Of a stretch of DNA of 64,000 nucleotides, positions 42,900 to 52,647 are shown one piece after another. The stretch's first letter is position 1. Every line of letters starts with the position of its first letter. Position numbers and translations under genes: made by a program. Origin of the DNA: an uncultured Alphaproteobacteria bacterium (lineage in GTDB: Bacteria > Pseudomonadota > Alphaproteobacteria > RF32 > CAG-239); contig CALXTS010000004.1 of NCBI GenBank assembly GCA_944391465.1, forward strand, positions 7,942 to 71,941. Direction: 5' to 3'. The notes below the pieces were generated by a model that saw nothing but the letters and a program-made list of their open reading frames with translations, made no database searches and had not been told where the DNA came from.

Positions 42900-44696
42900 A
42901 TGTCAAGAACGGGTTTAAAAACTTTTGTTTTGAGTTTTTGCGTATCCTTGTTTATGATTTTTCTCGTAAACGGGATATTTTGGCATATGCGCACCTCTAA
43001 CTCGAATGAAGATGTTGAAATTTCAAATAAAAATATCGTTCTTTTCCTTCGGGACAGCTCTCTCCCCTCTCATATAAAAGCTGCGCCGGTCAGAAAAATA
43101 GCTTTATCAACACTTGCTGATATTCCCCTTGATGATGCAGAAAACAAAAATCCCCTTTCTGATGAAATTAGCGCTGATATTGTCTATAGACCTGAAAATG
43201 AAATTATAATGGCAGGAGAAGTTTCTGATACTGATTTTTTAAATGGCTCTTCTTTTCTAGATGACGAGGTAACCCCCGAAAATCAGCCAGAGCCTGAAAA
43301 AATTGTCGAGAACTTTGAAACAATTATCAAAAATCCACCCAAAGAAATTAAACTGGCTGCTTTGGAAAATATTGACACGCCGCTTATCTCTTCAGAAGCA
43401 ATCCCCGACAAAACCCCCCCTTCAGCAACAAAGAAGGTTGAAGTTCAAGCGCCTGCTCCAACCAAATCTAAAATAACAGGAATAATTCCTTTGGTTCGCG
43501 AAGGGTTTGACAGCATAAAAAAAGACAATTCTCATAAGGATGAGGAAATTAAAGGGCAAAAAATGATGATAGCATCATTGCAGAACGATAATTCCAGAAT
43601 AGAAAAAGCCCTTCCTAAAAAGAAAAACAGGAAATCAGCCTCTATTCCTCTGATTAAAGAAAGCGCATCACCAAAAAAAGACACTCGCAATATTGTTGTT
43701 GCTAAGGAAACACCTACGAACATGGTTGCCTTGGCAGATAAGGATATCCCCATCAAAAGCATGAGTGATAAGCTCGATAGTGATAAAAAAATCGCAGAAC
43801 GGACATCTGAAAACTGGAAACAAATGTCAGAAACGAAGGTTCCTGACAGCCCTTGGGTTGTCGCTAAAAGCGCCGGAACTTCTGCGAATGCTATGTTGAA
43901 AAATGAAGAGTACTACAAAAAAGATTCCGAAACAATTAATAATCTTTTAAGCAAAAAAGATTCTTCCTCCCCCAAAAAGGGCGGTTCAGATACAAAAAAT
44001 ATTAAACTTGCATCTGAGACGGTTCAAAATTTGCTTATTCCAATACCTGAAGAGATTATCAATAATGAAAATTTGGTCCCCCAATTGGAGAGCTCACAAA
44101 AGACAGATAAAGCTGAGAAAAATATAAAAAAGGAGACTTCCCTAGCTGCTCAATTTGAAAAAAATGACAATAAGAACAAAGCTTCAGAAAGTGACAGCAA
44201 AAAAAATATAATTAACTCATTAAGTTCTATTTTTAATGCAGATTCAGCAATTCAGGAAGTTTCCAAGGCAAAAAAAAGTATTTCCGCTTTTGTTGATGGC
44301 TCAAAAAAACAACTAAAACGGAAAGCCAAAAGAAAAAGCAAAATAATGCCAACAGAAATGCGGCTTTCTTTTCAACCAAACAGAGCCGAGATTTCCGGTC
44401 AAACTTTGCGTTGGATACAAGCCTTTGCTACGAGAACGGCTGAAGACAACTCAACAGCCATTGAAATTAGAATTGACGGAACAAATTCAATGGATTTACA
44501 ACAAAGGAGATTGAATTTGTTACACAATATTTTAACCAATAAAGGTGTAGGCTCACATAAAATCAAAACAGTTTTCACAACACGCGAGCCAAACTCCTTT
44601 ATTATAAGGACAATCAATCTGACCGGGTTGTCCGATGAAGGAAACAAAAATGAAAATATAAATATCAATCGCGAAGGTTATTATTTGCAATGGTAA
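42900..44696 (+). CDS. Membrane-anchored Lys/Ser-rich protein with possible degenerate OmpA/MotB-like C-terminal domain; first gene of the pil cluster
   Basis: TM segment FVLSFCVSLFMIFLVNGIFW. The C-terminal segment LSFQPNRAEISGQTLRWIQAFATRTAEDNSTAIEIRIDGTNSMDLQQRRLNLLHNILTNKGVGSHKIKTVF loosely follows the OmpA_C pattern. The domain call is weak. Confidence 0.4.
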   Translation: MSRTGLKTFVLSFCVSLFMIFLVNGIFWHMRTSNSNEDVEISNKNIVLFLRDSSLPSHIKAAPVRKIALSTLADIPLDDAENKNPLSDEISADIVYRPENEIIMAGEVSDTDFLNGSSFLDDEVTPENQPEPEKIVENFETIIKNPPKEIKLAALENIDTPLISSEAIPDKTPPSATKKVEVQAPAPTKSKITGIIPLVREGFDSIKKDNSHKDEEIKGQKMMIASLQNDNSRIEKALPKKKNRKSASIPLIKESASPKKDTRNIVVAKETPTNMVALADKDIPIKSMSDKLDSDKKIAERTSENWKQMSETKVPDSPWVVAKSAGTSANAMLKNEEYYKKDSETINNLLSKKDSSSPKKGGSDTKNIKLASETVQNLLIPIPEEIINNENLVPQLESSQKTDKAEKNIKKETSLAAQFEKNDNKNKASESDSKKNIINSLSSIFNADSAIQEVSKAKKSISAFVDGSKKQLKRKAKRKSKIMPTEMRLSFQPNRAEISGQTLRWIQAFATRTAEDNSTAIEIRIDGTNSMDLQQRRLNLLHNILTNKGVGSHKIKTVFTTREPNSFIIRTINLTGLSDEGNKNENININREGYYLQW

Positions 44697-44751
44697 TAAG
44701 TATCTATCGCGCTTGATTATTTAATTTTCAGTATGTATGATAAGGAAAAAT

Positions 44752-45495
44752 ATGAAAAAATTAAAATTAGGGATTGAAAAAATGAGTAAATTAACCTTTA
44801 GCACTGTGTCCTTAATGTCTATTTTGACCTTAACAGGATGCTCATGTTTCGACAGCTGGGGGGCCGGAGATACTTATCTTGACACAAGCTACGAAACAGA
44901 AGTTGTTGCGGTTGCTCCGACACAGAACACCCCTACGACCCAACCAGCTTTGCCTACAGGTCCGATTTACACTGACCCTAATCTGCCGCCCGATAATAAT
45001 GACTTTGTGAACTTTCACGAAACTCAGGCGAATTATCGCGAGTTTGGGGAAAGAACTCCTCGGGATCAGCGTATTGTAACAGCGAGCGCCGGAAGTAACC
45101 TTTCCGCCTCTATTCCGCCGACAATTGATGAAGAAGTTACCGCTTATGAGGAAGAAATTCGAAACGGCTCAGAAGAAGTCTTTGAAGAAGGGGTAAGTGA
45201 AATTTCCGGTGGTACTAATGAAGATCCGGTTGAAGATTGGTTAGCGGAAGAAGGAAATACGTTGAAAGGACTATTAACAGAATGGAGTGAGAGATCTGGT
45301 TGGCGTTTGATATGGAACACCAACAGAAATTATAAACTTTCTGCTGGTGCAATGTTCCGTGGACGATATGCGGATGTCGCTTCTGCGCTTATTCGCTCTT
45401 TTGCAAGAGCGCGTCCGGCTCCAGTTGCTACTTTTTATAAAGGAAATCGTGTCTTGCTTGTAGAGACAATGGAGGATGAGAATGCATATAACTAA
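44752..45495 (+). CDS. pilL: PilL-like lipoprotein with TcpQ-type C-terminal domain (type IVb pilus)
   Basis: ATG 44752 follows AAGGAAA; the ORF track gives 44737. Lipobox ILTLTGCS. The C-terminal segment WLAEEGNTLKGLLTEWSERSGWRLIWNTNRNYKLSAGAMFRGRYADVASALIRSF resembles the TcpQ/PilL domain. It lies directly before the secretin. Confidence 0.65.
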   Translation: MKKLKLGIEKMSKLTFSTVSLMSILTLTGCSCFDSWGAGDTYLDTSYETEVVAVAPTQNTPTTQPALPTGPIYTDPNLPPDNNDFVNFHETQANYREFGERTPRDQRIVTASAGSNLSASIPPTIDEEVTAYEEEIRNGSEEVFEEGVSEISGGTNEDPVEDWLAEEGNTLKGLLTEWSERSGWRLIWNTNRNYKLSAGAMFRGRYADVASALIRSFARARPAPVATFYKGNRVLLVETMEDENAYN

Positions 45496-47086
45496 TTTTG
45501 GAAAAATTACGCTTGGCTTGTGTGTTGCAACTTTGGTTGCCTCTTGCTCCATTGCGACCAGTATGGATGCGACTATTGATCGAGATGTGGAAGCTGCGAC
45601 TCAATTAAAAGAAGAGTCAAAAATGCCGACAAGACCTTCTAATGAGAATTTAATTAAAGTAAAAGATGATATCTGGCTCGGCAATACCAGCGAAGTTGAG
45701 TATGAAGGAGATCCATTGCCGGCTTATTTAGAAGGAGCTGACGGTATTACCTTAATCAGTAACAGACCGATTACTTTATTTGAAATCGGAGATATGATTA
45801 ATAAAACGACATCTATCGGCGTAAGATATCAGTCCCAATTGGAAACTGATGTTAAAACTACCGGTGGAGAAAATAAACCTACACCAGAAAGTATTAATGC
45901 CGATTGGGCGGAGCCTAACAAAATGTTGGTTTCTTATCAGGGACCTTTAAGTGGCTTTTTAAATGATGTTTCTAGCCGTTTTGGCTTATGGTGGAAATAT
46001 GAAAAGAAAGAAATTCACTTTTATAAATATATAACCAAAACATTTGTCGTTTATAGTTTGCCTACAAATCCAAACTTATCCGTCAACGTCGGAGGATCTT
46101 CTTCGGGTGAAGGCGGAAGTTCGTCAATATCTTTGACCAGCAGTGCTCAGTTTGAATTGTGGCAAAATATTGAAAAGAGTATTTCTTCCATGATTGGAGA
46201 AGGAGCAAAATTGACGATGGCTCCTTCTGATGGTACGATTACATTAACAGCGACACCTGATGATATTCGTAAAGTTGCGGCTTATGTGAACGAGCAAAAT
46301 AATCGTTTGTCTCGTCAAGTTGCTATCAGCGTAAAGGTTTTGCAAGTTTCTATTACAGATACTGATGATTATGGCTTGGATTTGAAAGCTGCTTTCAAAG
46401 ATGGCATCACAAATGTTTCTTTAGCAGGTTCTTCAAGTGTTATGACATCCGAGAAGGATTTGGCTAATGGTTTTTCTTGGGGTATTTTGAAGAAAAATTG
46501 GTCTGCAGATGCTGCCGTTAAGGCTTTATCACAACAGACTAATGCAAGTTTGGTAACAAGTGGTACAGTCACGACATTAAACAATAAACCGGCCCCTATT
46601 CAAGTTACTCAAAAACAGAACTATATTGCTGAAATGACTAAGACTAATAGTGGTTCTGATGGGGATAACTATGATATTTCAGTTACGACAGAAGAAGTTG
46701 AGACTGGTTTTACATTAGATGTTTTGCCTCGTATTCTGGAACATGGTCGGATGTTGATAATGTTTAACATGACGCTTTCTGACTTGATTTCTTTGGAAAA
46801 AGTTGAATTTGGTTCTACAGATGATAACCAATACATCCAGAACCCGAAAATTGAGTCTCGCGCATTTTCTCAAGAAGTGGCTTTAACTTCCGGTGAGTCT
46901 TTAATCTTGACCGGATATGAAAAAGTTAACAACACCGCAACAAAAGAAGGAACGGGTTCTGCAAATAACTCTATTTTGGGAGGTTCTGCTTCTGCTAACA
47001 AGGAGAGAAATCTGTTAGTTATCATTCTGACACCGATTGTGTTGGAATCTCCGTTAATGCCGGAATCCAGAATGTCGATGAATTAG
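45482..47086 (+). CDS. pilN: Secretin lipoprotein (R64 PilN / TcpC / BfpB class)
   Basis: ATG 45482 lies 6 nt after GGAGG. Lipobox TLVASCS. Secretin domain strings: VAISVKVLQVSITDTDDYGLDL, LVTSGTVTTLNNKPAPIQV, ETGFTLDVLPRILEHGRMLIMFNM, GESLILTGYEK, NLLVIILTPIVLE. Confidence 0.85.
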   Translation: MHITNFGKITLGLCVATLVASCSIATSMDATIDRDVEAATQLKEESKMPTRPSNENLIKVKDDIWLGNTSEVEYEGDPLPAYLEGADGITLISNRPITLFEIGDMINKTTSIGVRYQSQLETDVKTTGGENKPTPESINADWAEPNKMLVSYQGPLSGFLNDVSSRFGLWWKYEKKEIHFYKYITKTFVVYSLPTNPNLSVNVGGSSSGEGGSSSISLTSSAQFELWQNIEKSISSMIGEGAKLTMAPSDGTITLTATPDDIRKVAAYVNEQNNRLSRQVAISVKVLQVSITDTDDYGLDLKAAFKDGITNVSLAGSSSVMTSEKDLANGFSWGILKKNWSADAAVKALSQQTNASLVTSGTVTTLNNKPAPIQVTQKQNYIAEMTKTNSGSDGDNYDISVTTEEVETGFTLDVLPRILEHGRMLIMFNMTLSDLISLEKVEFGSTDDNQYIQNPKIESRAFSQEVALTSGESLILTGYEKVNNTATKEGTGSANNSILGGSASANKERNLLVIILTPIVLESPLMPESRMSMN

Positions 47087-47106
47087 CGTATCTGAGGAGA
47101 TAGTCT

Positions 47107-48381
47107 TTGCTGGAAGATGCAGGTTTATTAGATGATGATTATGATGGCGGCTCCAGACGTTCGTGGGCGACATCTATTACTGTTGACGGAACAACTTATG
47201 CAACAAGTTTGTTCTGGCAGCCGCTACAAAATCTAAATGATCCTTTCCAAGAAGTTGAAGAAGCCTCGGCTGAAGTCTTGGAAGGTGCAGATTTATTCTG
47301 TATCAAGGGCGGAAAAGCTCCTCAGTTTGGTATTTGCGTTTCTCAGGAAGGCTATAAAAACGGCGAATTTGCTGCTGCTGTGGCTTTATCTACCGCTATG
47401 TCTAATTACGCTTCTTATGTCGGTGTTTTTAAGACAGATAAAGGTTGGTGGTATTTTTGCGTCAGAAACGATATTATCTTATCTGACGGTGATATGCTCT
47501 TTTTAGATGAAGAAGAAGCTAAAACACAGTTTATGTCAATGTTGGCGGTTCCGGATTGGGATAAAAAGTTTGCTCCGACGGAGTGGAATATCCCAGAAAC
47601 TGAAAATGTTGATATTGAGGAAATTATTTCCCGAGGTGCCAAAGCAAAGCTACAGAAAATTAAAGGTTTACGTGGCGCTAAACTTTTAGCTGTTATTGGC
47701 GTTTCTGCTGTTGTCGGAATTTGGCTATTTTCGAGCATCATCAACCATATCTTTTTGACACCTCAGGTGCGTCCGGTTGTTGTCCCCGTTAAGCCTAAAG
47801 TTATTAAACAAATTGAACAACCTCCAGAGATTAAGCCTTGGGAAAAGGTTACAAATCCCGTTATGACAGCACAGGAATGCTATAAAGGAATTGTTCGTTT
47901 GGTTCAGATTTTACCGCCAGGTTGGAAAATTTCTCCGTTAACCTGTACATCGGGAAGCATTGCAACATCATGGACCAGAGAAATGGGACGCCTGTCTTGG
48001 ATGAAAAAGGCTCTGGATGAAAGTGGCTATACTTTAACTGGGGTCAGTTTTTCCGGTGACGGGAATAATGTTACGGTTACAATGCCTTTACCCGTAATTG
48101 AACAACAGGCATCTCCTCCGACAATGACGATGGTAAATTTGCAAAATGACATCAATGATACTTTCCAAGCAATCGGTTATACTATTTCTCTTGGATCTTC
48201 ATCATACACGTCGAACAGAGGAACAATTTATAAGATGATTACCTTTACAATGGATTCAACTCATGATCCATTGGTTTGGATAAAATTATTAACAAAATAT
48301 TCAGGACTTGAGTTTAAAACTATAGGGTATAACCCAGACTCAAAAACTTGGCATTATGAGGGGATAATCTATGTTTTATAG
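47107..48381 (+). CDS. PilO-like pilus accessory protein (R64 nomenclature), by size and position
   Basis: 424 aa with a TTG start after GAGGAG. One central TM (LLAVIGVSAVVGIWLFSSII). It lies between the secretin and the PilP-like gene, as in R64/ICE pil clusters. No motif-level proof. Confidence 0.45.
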   Translation: MLEDAGLLDDDYDGGSRRSWATSITVDGTTYATSLFWQPLQNLNDPFQEVEEASAEVLEGADLFCIKGGKAPQFGICVSQEGYKNGEFAAAVALSTAMSNYASYVGVFKTDKGWWYFCVRNDIILSDGDMLFLDEEEAKTQFMSMLAVPDWDKKFAPTEWNIPETENVDIEEIISRGAKAKLQKIKGLRGAKLLAVIGVSAVVGIWLFSSIINHIFLTPQVRPVVVPVKPKVIKQIEQPPEIKPWEKVTNPVMTAQECYKGIVRLVQILPPGWKISPLTCTSGSIATSWTREMGRLSWMKKALDESGYTLTGVSFSGDGNNVTVTMPLPVIEQQASPPTMTMVNLQNDINDTFQAIGYTISLGSSSYTSNRGTIYKMITFTMDSTHDPLVWIKLLTKYSGLEFKTIGYNPDSKTWHYEGIIYVL

Positions 48382-49867
48382 AATAGAAAATAATTTGGCT
48401 GTTTTGCTACTTGCTTTGTTAATGAGCGGAAACTTATCGGAAGCTAAGGCTCAAGGTGTTGTCTCTTTAGGCAATGAGATAAAATCTGAAGATAATACCT
48501 TAAATTTGGCTATCCCTAATGAAGATGCTATTTTTGGAGATGATGGGAATTCTGCCAACGCAAAGCCTAAGCCGGTTAAGAATATTGATGGTCCCTTACC
48601 TCTACCTGCAAGTATTACCGGAGCCAAGCCGGTAGCTGATAATAAAAAGCCTTCAGGAGATGGGCCGTTGCCTTTACCTGCAAGCATTACAGGAGGCGCT
48701 AACTCTAAAAGTTCCGATGGACCTTTGCCTTTGCCGGCAAGTATTACCGGGAAAGCGTCCAATGCCCTTGACATTCCAGAACCATTTATGCCTAAGGCCT
48801 CTTCTAACTTAGGAAAGCTGGGGGCTACTCAACCTTCTACTCTAACTAGTGATGACTTATTGAACGATCCTATTTTTTCGCAGGCTTCAGACTTGGAAAA
48901 ACAAACGACGTTGCTAAACTTGGAATTGAGAAAAGAAAAAGTCAAAAATGAAATAGAAGCGATTAAAAAACAACGTCAGCAAGCCATTGAAGATGAAAAG
49001 GACAAACAAGCCGCTAAAGAAAAAGCTAAAATAGAGTGGGAAAAAGCTCAAGAGCAGAAGGTTATTCAAGAACAACAAAAGTTGAGAGAACTTGATATTG
49101 ATTTTGAAAAATTACGCCAAGAGCGTTTGCTTAATGCATATAAAAACAAAATGCTCGAAGAACACCAAAAGTGGGTTGTCCTTAATGGTGAAATGCTTGA
49201 ACAGTTAGATAACATGAAAAAAGATCAGAAAGATGTTATTTCTGACGCTAAAAACAAACTGGAAAACATTAAAAATATGGCTAATTTAGCAAAAATTAAA
49301 ATAGCTGAAGCTAAAGGTGAATACAAACGGGAAATTTCTGATTTGCAAACGCAAGTCTCTATTTTGAAAGCGCGTATTGACGCTCAGGAAAAAGAGCTAC
49401 AAGCTCGTGAGTTGGAAAAACAAAATCCATTTGCCGAAGGCGCAGAAAATCCTGAAGCTGCAGAAGTTCCTGAGGAAAATATTGTTGAGGAGATAGAGGT
49501 TCCGGAGGCTCAGCTTTCAGATATGTATGCCGTTATGGAAATTCGTGGTCAAGGTGGTGAATTAATTGCTAAAATCATGAATCAGAACGGAGCTAACTTC
49601 TTTGTGAAGAAAGGAACTGCTCTTCAGAGCGGGCATATTATTGATGAAATCCAACCAACATATGTGACCGCAACAAAGAATGGTATTAAAGATTATCTTT
49701 ACTTTTCTGCCGGAGGAATTGTTCCTCTTGAACCTAAACAAGACTTAACATCAATTAATAAGGTATCAGATGTCAGTTCTGATGAAATGCCGGAAGAAGG
49801 TGAGGCTCGGAGCTTTGTAACAAGTGATGGAGTCCCCGGTCTTGGAGGACAAATGATAGGAAGATAA
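48371..49867 (+). CDS. PilP-like protein with signal peptide, three DGPLPLPASITG repeats, coiled coil and C-terminal beta domain
   Basis: Signal peptide LLLALLMSGNLSEAKAQ. Lys/Glu coiled coil. The C-terminal segment YAVMEIRGQGGELIAKIMNQNGANFFVKKGTALQSGHIIDEIQPTYVTATKNG resembles the PilP beta-sandwich pattern. Position is immediately 5' of the ATPase. Confidence 0.5.
   Translation: MFYRIENNLAVLLLALLMSGNLSEAKAQGVVSLGNEIKSEDNTLNLAIPNEDAIFGDDGNSANAKPKPVKNIDGPLPLPASITGAKPVADNKKPSGDGPLPLPASITGGANSKSSDGPLPLPASITGKASNALDIPEPFMPKASSNLGKLGATQPSTLTSDDLLNDPIFSQASDLEKQTTLLNLELRKEKVKNEIEAIKKQRQQAIEDEKDKQAAKEKAKIEWEKAQEQKVIQEQQKLRELDIDFEKLRQERLLNAYKNKMLEEHQKWVVLNGEMLEQLDNMKKDQKDVISDAKNKLENIKNMANLAKIKIAEAKGEYKREISDLQTQVSILKARIDAQEKELQARELEKQNPFAEGAENPEAAEVPEENIVEEIEVPEAQLSDMYAVMEIRGQGGELIAKIMNQNGANFFVKKGTALQSGHIIDEIQPTYVTATKNGIKDYLYFSAGGIVPLEPKQDLTSINKVSDVSSDEMPEEGEARSFVTSDGVPGLGGQMIGR
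48587..48751 (+). repeat. Three copies of a 36-bp coding motif (DGPLPLPASITG) spaced 72 and 57 bp apart
   Basis: Copies at 48587-48622, 48659-48694 and 48716-48751. Codons differ between copies while the peptide is conserved. Confidence 0.85.
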
Positions 49868-51513
49868 TGGCGGAAGAAGAAGGCGAAGAAAAGACTGAGG
49901 CCGTTGAAAATAATACTGAAGGAAAACAAGATACTGCTCAGTCAAAATCAATAGTTGAAAAATATTTTTCGGGTGGAGCTCAGCTTTTGACTTTGCCTAA
50001 TTCTTCTTTAGCCGTAAACGATGATACACGTCGATTACTTGCATTATTTTCAGATGGACGGTTTCTTGTTGTTGAAACTCATAAATTTGATGGACGTGTT
50101 CTTAGTTTTGAGGTTATGGTTCGCAAAAGGCGTTTACCAATTGCCAAACCTACCTATGTTTCACAAGCTGAACTTAATGCCATTTACAGTATTGGTGAGC
50201 GTCGACAGGCAGCTATTGAAGTTGAAGAAGATTCAAGTTTTGACCAAGTCCAAATGCAGAAGGACTTTGTTAACGTTGTTGTTCGTGCCGCAGATAAAAA
50301 AGTTTCCGATATTCACGTTATTGTTGCTGACAATACACAAATTATGTTCCGTATAAACGGTATGATGACAACCGAAATGGAGTATAATAAAGAATGGGGA
50401 GAATCTTTTGTTCGTGCCGCCTTTGCTTCTGCCGATATTTCAGATTCAAACTACGCCCAAAATGAATTCCAAGCAGCTCAAAAGTTGGGATCTACACCTT
50501 TGCGCGGTTCTAAAGGTAAACTTATGCTTCCGCATAACGTTTTAGCTATTCGTTTGCAATTTAATCCGATTGCTTTTGGTTCTCAGTATCTGGTTATGCG
50601 TCTGCTGTATGCTGATGATAACCCTGAGGGAAACGGCGATTTATCTTCTCTTGGTTTTGGAGAATACGAAGAAAATCTATTTTATAGACTACGAGCCGTT
50701 CCTGTTGGTTTGAATGTTGTTGCCGGCCCTACGGGTTCAGGAAAATCGACAACATTGCAAAGAAACATGATTAAACTTCTGCAAGAAAAAAATTATGAAA
50801 TTAATTTGATTACCGTGGAAGACCCTCCTGAGTATCCTATCCCCGGAGCTCGGCAAATGCCGGTTACAAACGCCAATACCGAGGAAGAGAAGGATGAACA
50901 GTTTACAAAGGCCTTGTCTGCAGCTTTGCGTTCCGACCCTGACGTAATGATGGTTGGTGAGATACGTTCCTTGTCTGCGGCTCAGTTAACTTTTAAGGGC
51001 GCCTTATCCGGTCACGGTGTCTGGACGACTTTACACGCCAACTCTGCACCGGCAATTATTGCTCGTTTGAGAGATATGGGCGTAGAAACATTTAAATTAC
51101 TTGACCCCGAATTAATGAAAGGTCTTATTTCTCAGCGTTTATTCCGTAAATTGTGTCCTCACTGTCGTGTTTCCGTTAAAGACAGGTTAGATGAACCTGC
51201 TGTGCAGCGTTTGAAGGTTGCTTTGGGAGATTTTGGTATTGAAAATACTTATGTTCGTGGTCCGGGCTGTAAATATTGTAACAATACCGGCATTAAGGGA
51301 CGTATGAGTGTTCCTGAGATAATCTTGCCTGATGCTATGTTCTTAGAGCTAATGATTAAAGGAGAAACCAGAAAAGCTATTGACTACTGGACCAGCGATT
51401 TAAACGGACGTACATTAAAAGAAGCTGCTATTGAAAGAATGTTAAAAGGTTTTATTGATTTGGATGAAGTTGAACGTTGGTGTGGCTTGCTTGACCAACG
51501 CCCTGTTTACTAA
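49867..51513 (+). CDS. pilQ: GspE/PilB-family pilus assembly ATPase (R64 PilQ equivalent)
   Basis: Walker A GPTGSGKST, Asp box LITVEDPPEYP, Walker B DPDVMMVGEIR, His box GHGVWTTLHAN, tetra-Cys motif CPHC...CKYC. Confidence 0.93.
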   Translation: MAEEEGEEKTEAVENNTEGKQDTAQSKSIVEKYFSGGAQLLTLPNSSLAVNDDTRRLLALFSDGRFLVVETHKFDGRVLSFEVMVRKRRLPIAKPTYVSQAELNAIYSIGERRQAAIEVEEDSSFDQVQMQKDFVNVVVRAADKKVSDIHVIVADNTQIMFRINGMMTTEMEYNKEWGESFVRAAFASADISDSNYAQNEFQAAQKLGSTPLRGSKGKLMLPHNVLAIRLQFNPIAFGSQYLVMRLLYADDNPEGNGDLSSLGFGEYEENLFYRLRAVPVGLNVVAGPTGSGKSTTLQRNMIKLLQEKNYEINLITVEDPPEYPIPGARQMPVTNANTEEEKDEQFTKALSAALRSDPDVMMVGEIRSLSAAQLTFKGALSGHGVWTTLHANSAPAIIARLRDMGVETFKLLDPELMKGLISQRLFRKLCPHCRVSVKDRLDEPAVQRLKVALGDFGIENTYVRGPGCKYCNNTGIKGRMSVPEIILPDAMFLELMIKGETRKAIDYWTSDLNGRTLKEAAIERMLKGFIDLDEVERWCGLLDQRPVY

Positions 51514-51524
51514 GGTGATAAAAA

Positions 51525-52646
51525 ATGGCTGAAACAAAACGCAAATCTCAATCTATGCAACTGGCGATGAAACGCTTCAATACCATTGAAGAATATTACG
51601 CCAAAATGATTGTGCAGATGTCTAATAAAACTCGGTTAAAGATGTATCGGAAAATTGCATCTTTAATGAAAAACCGATTTTCCTTAATGGATGCTTTAGA
51701 TATGCTTCATGATGGGGCTAGTAACGGCGGTAAAAACCCTAGCGAACCTCTTGCTATTGCTATTGCCGCTTGGGGAAGAGCATTAAACAACGGTAAAACT
51801 TTCTCCGATGCTTTGAAAGGCTGGGCGCCCGACCGAGAGAGATTGATGCTTTCTGTTGGTGATGTTTCTGACCTTGAAGGTGCTTTGTTAAACCTTATTA
51901 AAGTAACCGAAGGTTCTACCAAAATGATTAGGCCTATTGTCGGAGCTATTGCTTATCCTGCCTTTTTGTTTATGATGTCTGTTTTAATTATTTATGCCAT
52001 CGGTGTTTATATGGTTCCGCCTATGCTTGATGCGGCGCCGGGCGTTCAGTGGCATGGAATGGCTGCCGACTTGGTGGATTTATCTTATTGGATTAAAGAA
52101 AATTGGTTAGTTGCTTTCGCTTCACTGCCTATAATTATGATTGTCATTTATGCTACAGTCGGTATTTGGACCGGCCCTATTCGTGTTCTTTTTGACAGTA
52201 TTCCCCCATGGTCACTTTATAAAGTATTTGTCGGTATTAGTTGGCTTTTGGCTTTGTCTGCTCTTGTAAAAGGAGGAACGCCTGTATCGACAGCAATGCG
52301 CGCTCTAAGACGTGATTCCACAAAATATTTAAAGGAACGAATTGATAAGACTTTGGTTTTTATCAATAACGGTGATAACTTAGGTCAAGCTCTTGCTAAA
52401 ACAAAATTAAACTTCCCTGATCCGGAAATTATCGGAGATTTAAAAATTTATTCTGAATTGGATAACTTTGAAGAAGCTCTGGATAATCTTGCAAATGAGT
52501 GGTTGGAAGAATCTGTATTTGTAATTGAAGAAAAAGCCAGTATTTTGAACATGGTCGCTATTTTATCCGTTGGTGCTGTTATTGCCTGGGCCGTTATGGG
52601 TACTTTTGAAATGCAAGACCAGATTACAAGCGGTATGGGAGGTTAA
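51525..52646 (+). CDS. pilR: GspF/PilC-family inner-membrane platform protein (R64 PilR equivalent)
   Basis: 373 aa with two cytoplasmic helical repeats and three TM segments (IAYPAFLFMMSVLIIYAIGVYMV, LVAFASLPIIMIVIYATVGIW, ILNMVAILSVGAVIAWAVMG). It follows the ATPase. Confidence 0.88.
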   Translation: MAETKRKSQSMQLAMKRFNTIEEYYAKMIVQMSNKTRLKMYRKIASLMKNRFSLMDALDMLHDGASNGGKNPSEPLAIAIAAWGRALNNGKTFSDALKGWAPDRERLMLSVGDVSDLEGALLNLIKVTEGSTKMIRPIVGAIAYPAFLFMMSVLIIYAIGVYMVPPMLDAAPGVQWHGMAADLVDLSYWIKENWLVAFASLPIIMIVIYATVGIWTGPIRVLFDSIPPWSLYKVFVGISWLLALSALVKGGTPVSTAMRALRRDSTKYLKERIDKTLVFINNGDNLGQALAKTKLNFPDPEIIGDLKIYSELDNFEEALDNLANEWLEESVFVIEEKASILNMVAILSVGAVIAWAVMGTFEMQDQITSGMGG

Positions 52647-52647
52647 A

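Noticed and set aside
52570-52647. Longer N-terminal extensions proposed by the ORF track for several genes: 52570 for the pilin-like gene, 55664 for pilin 4, and 30415, 31034, 60564, 44737, 45476 and 1025 for others.
   Set aside because: In each case an internal start has a clear Shine-Dalgarno sequence, yields a normal signal peptide or leader, and removes the overlap with the upstream gene.
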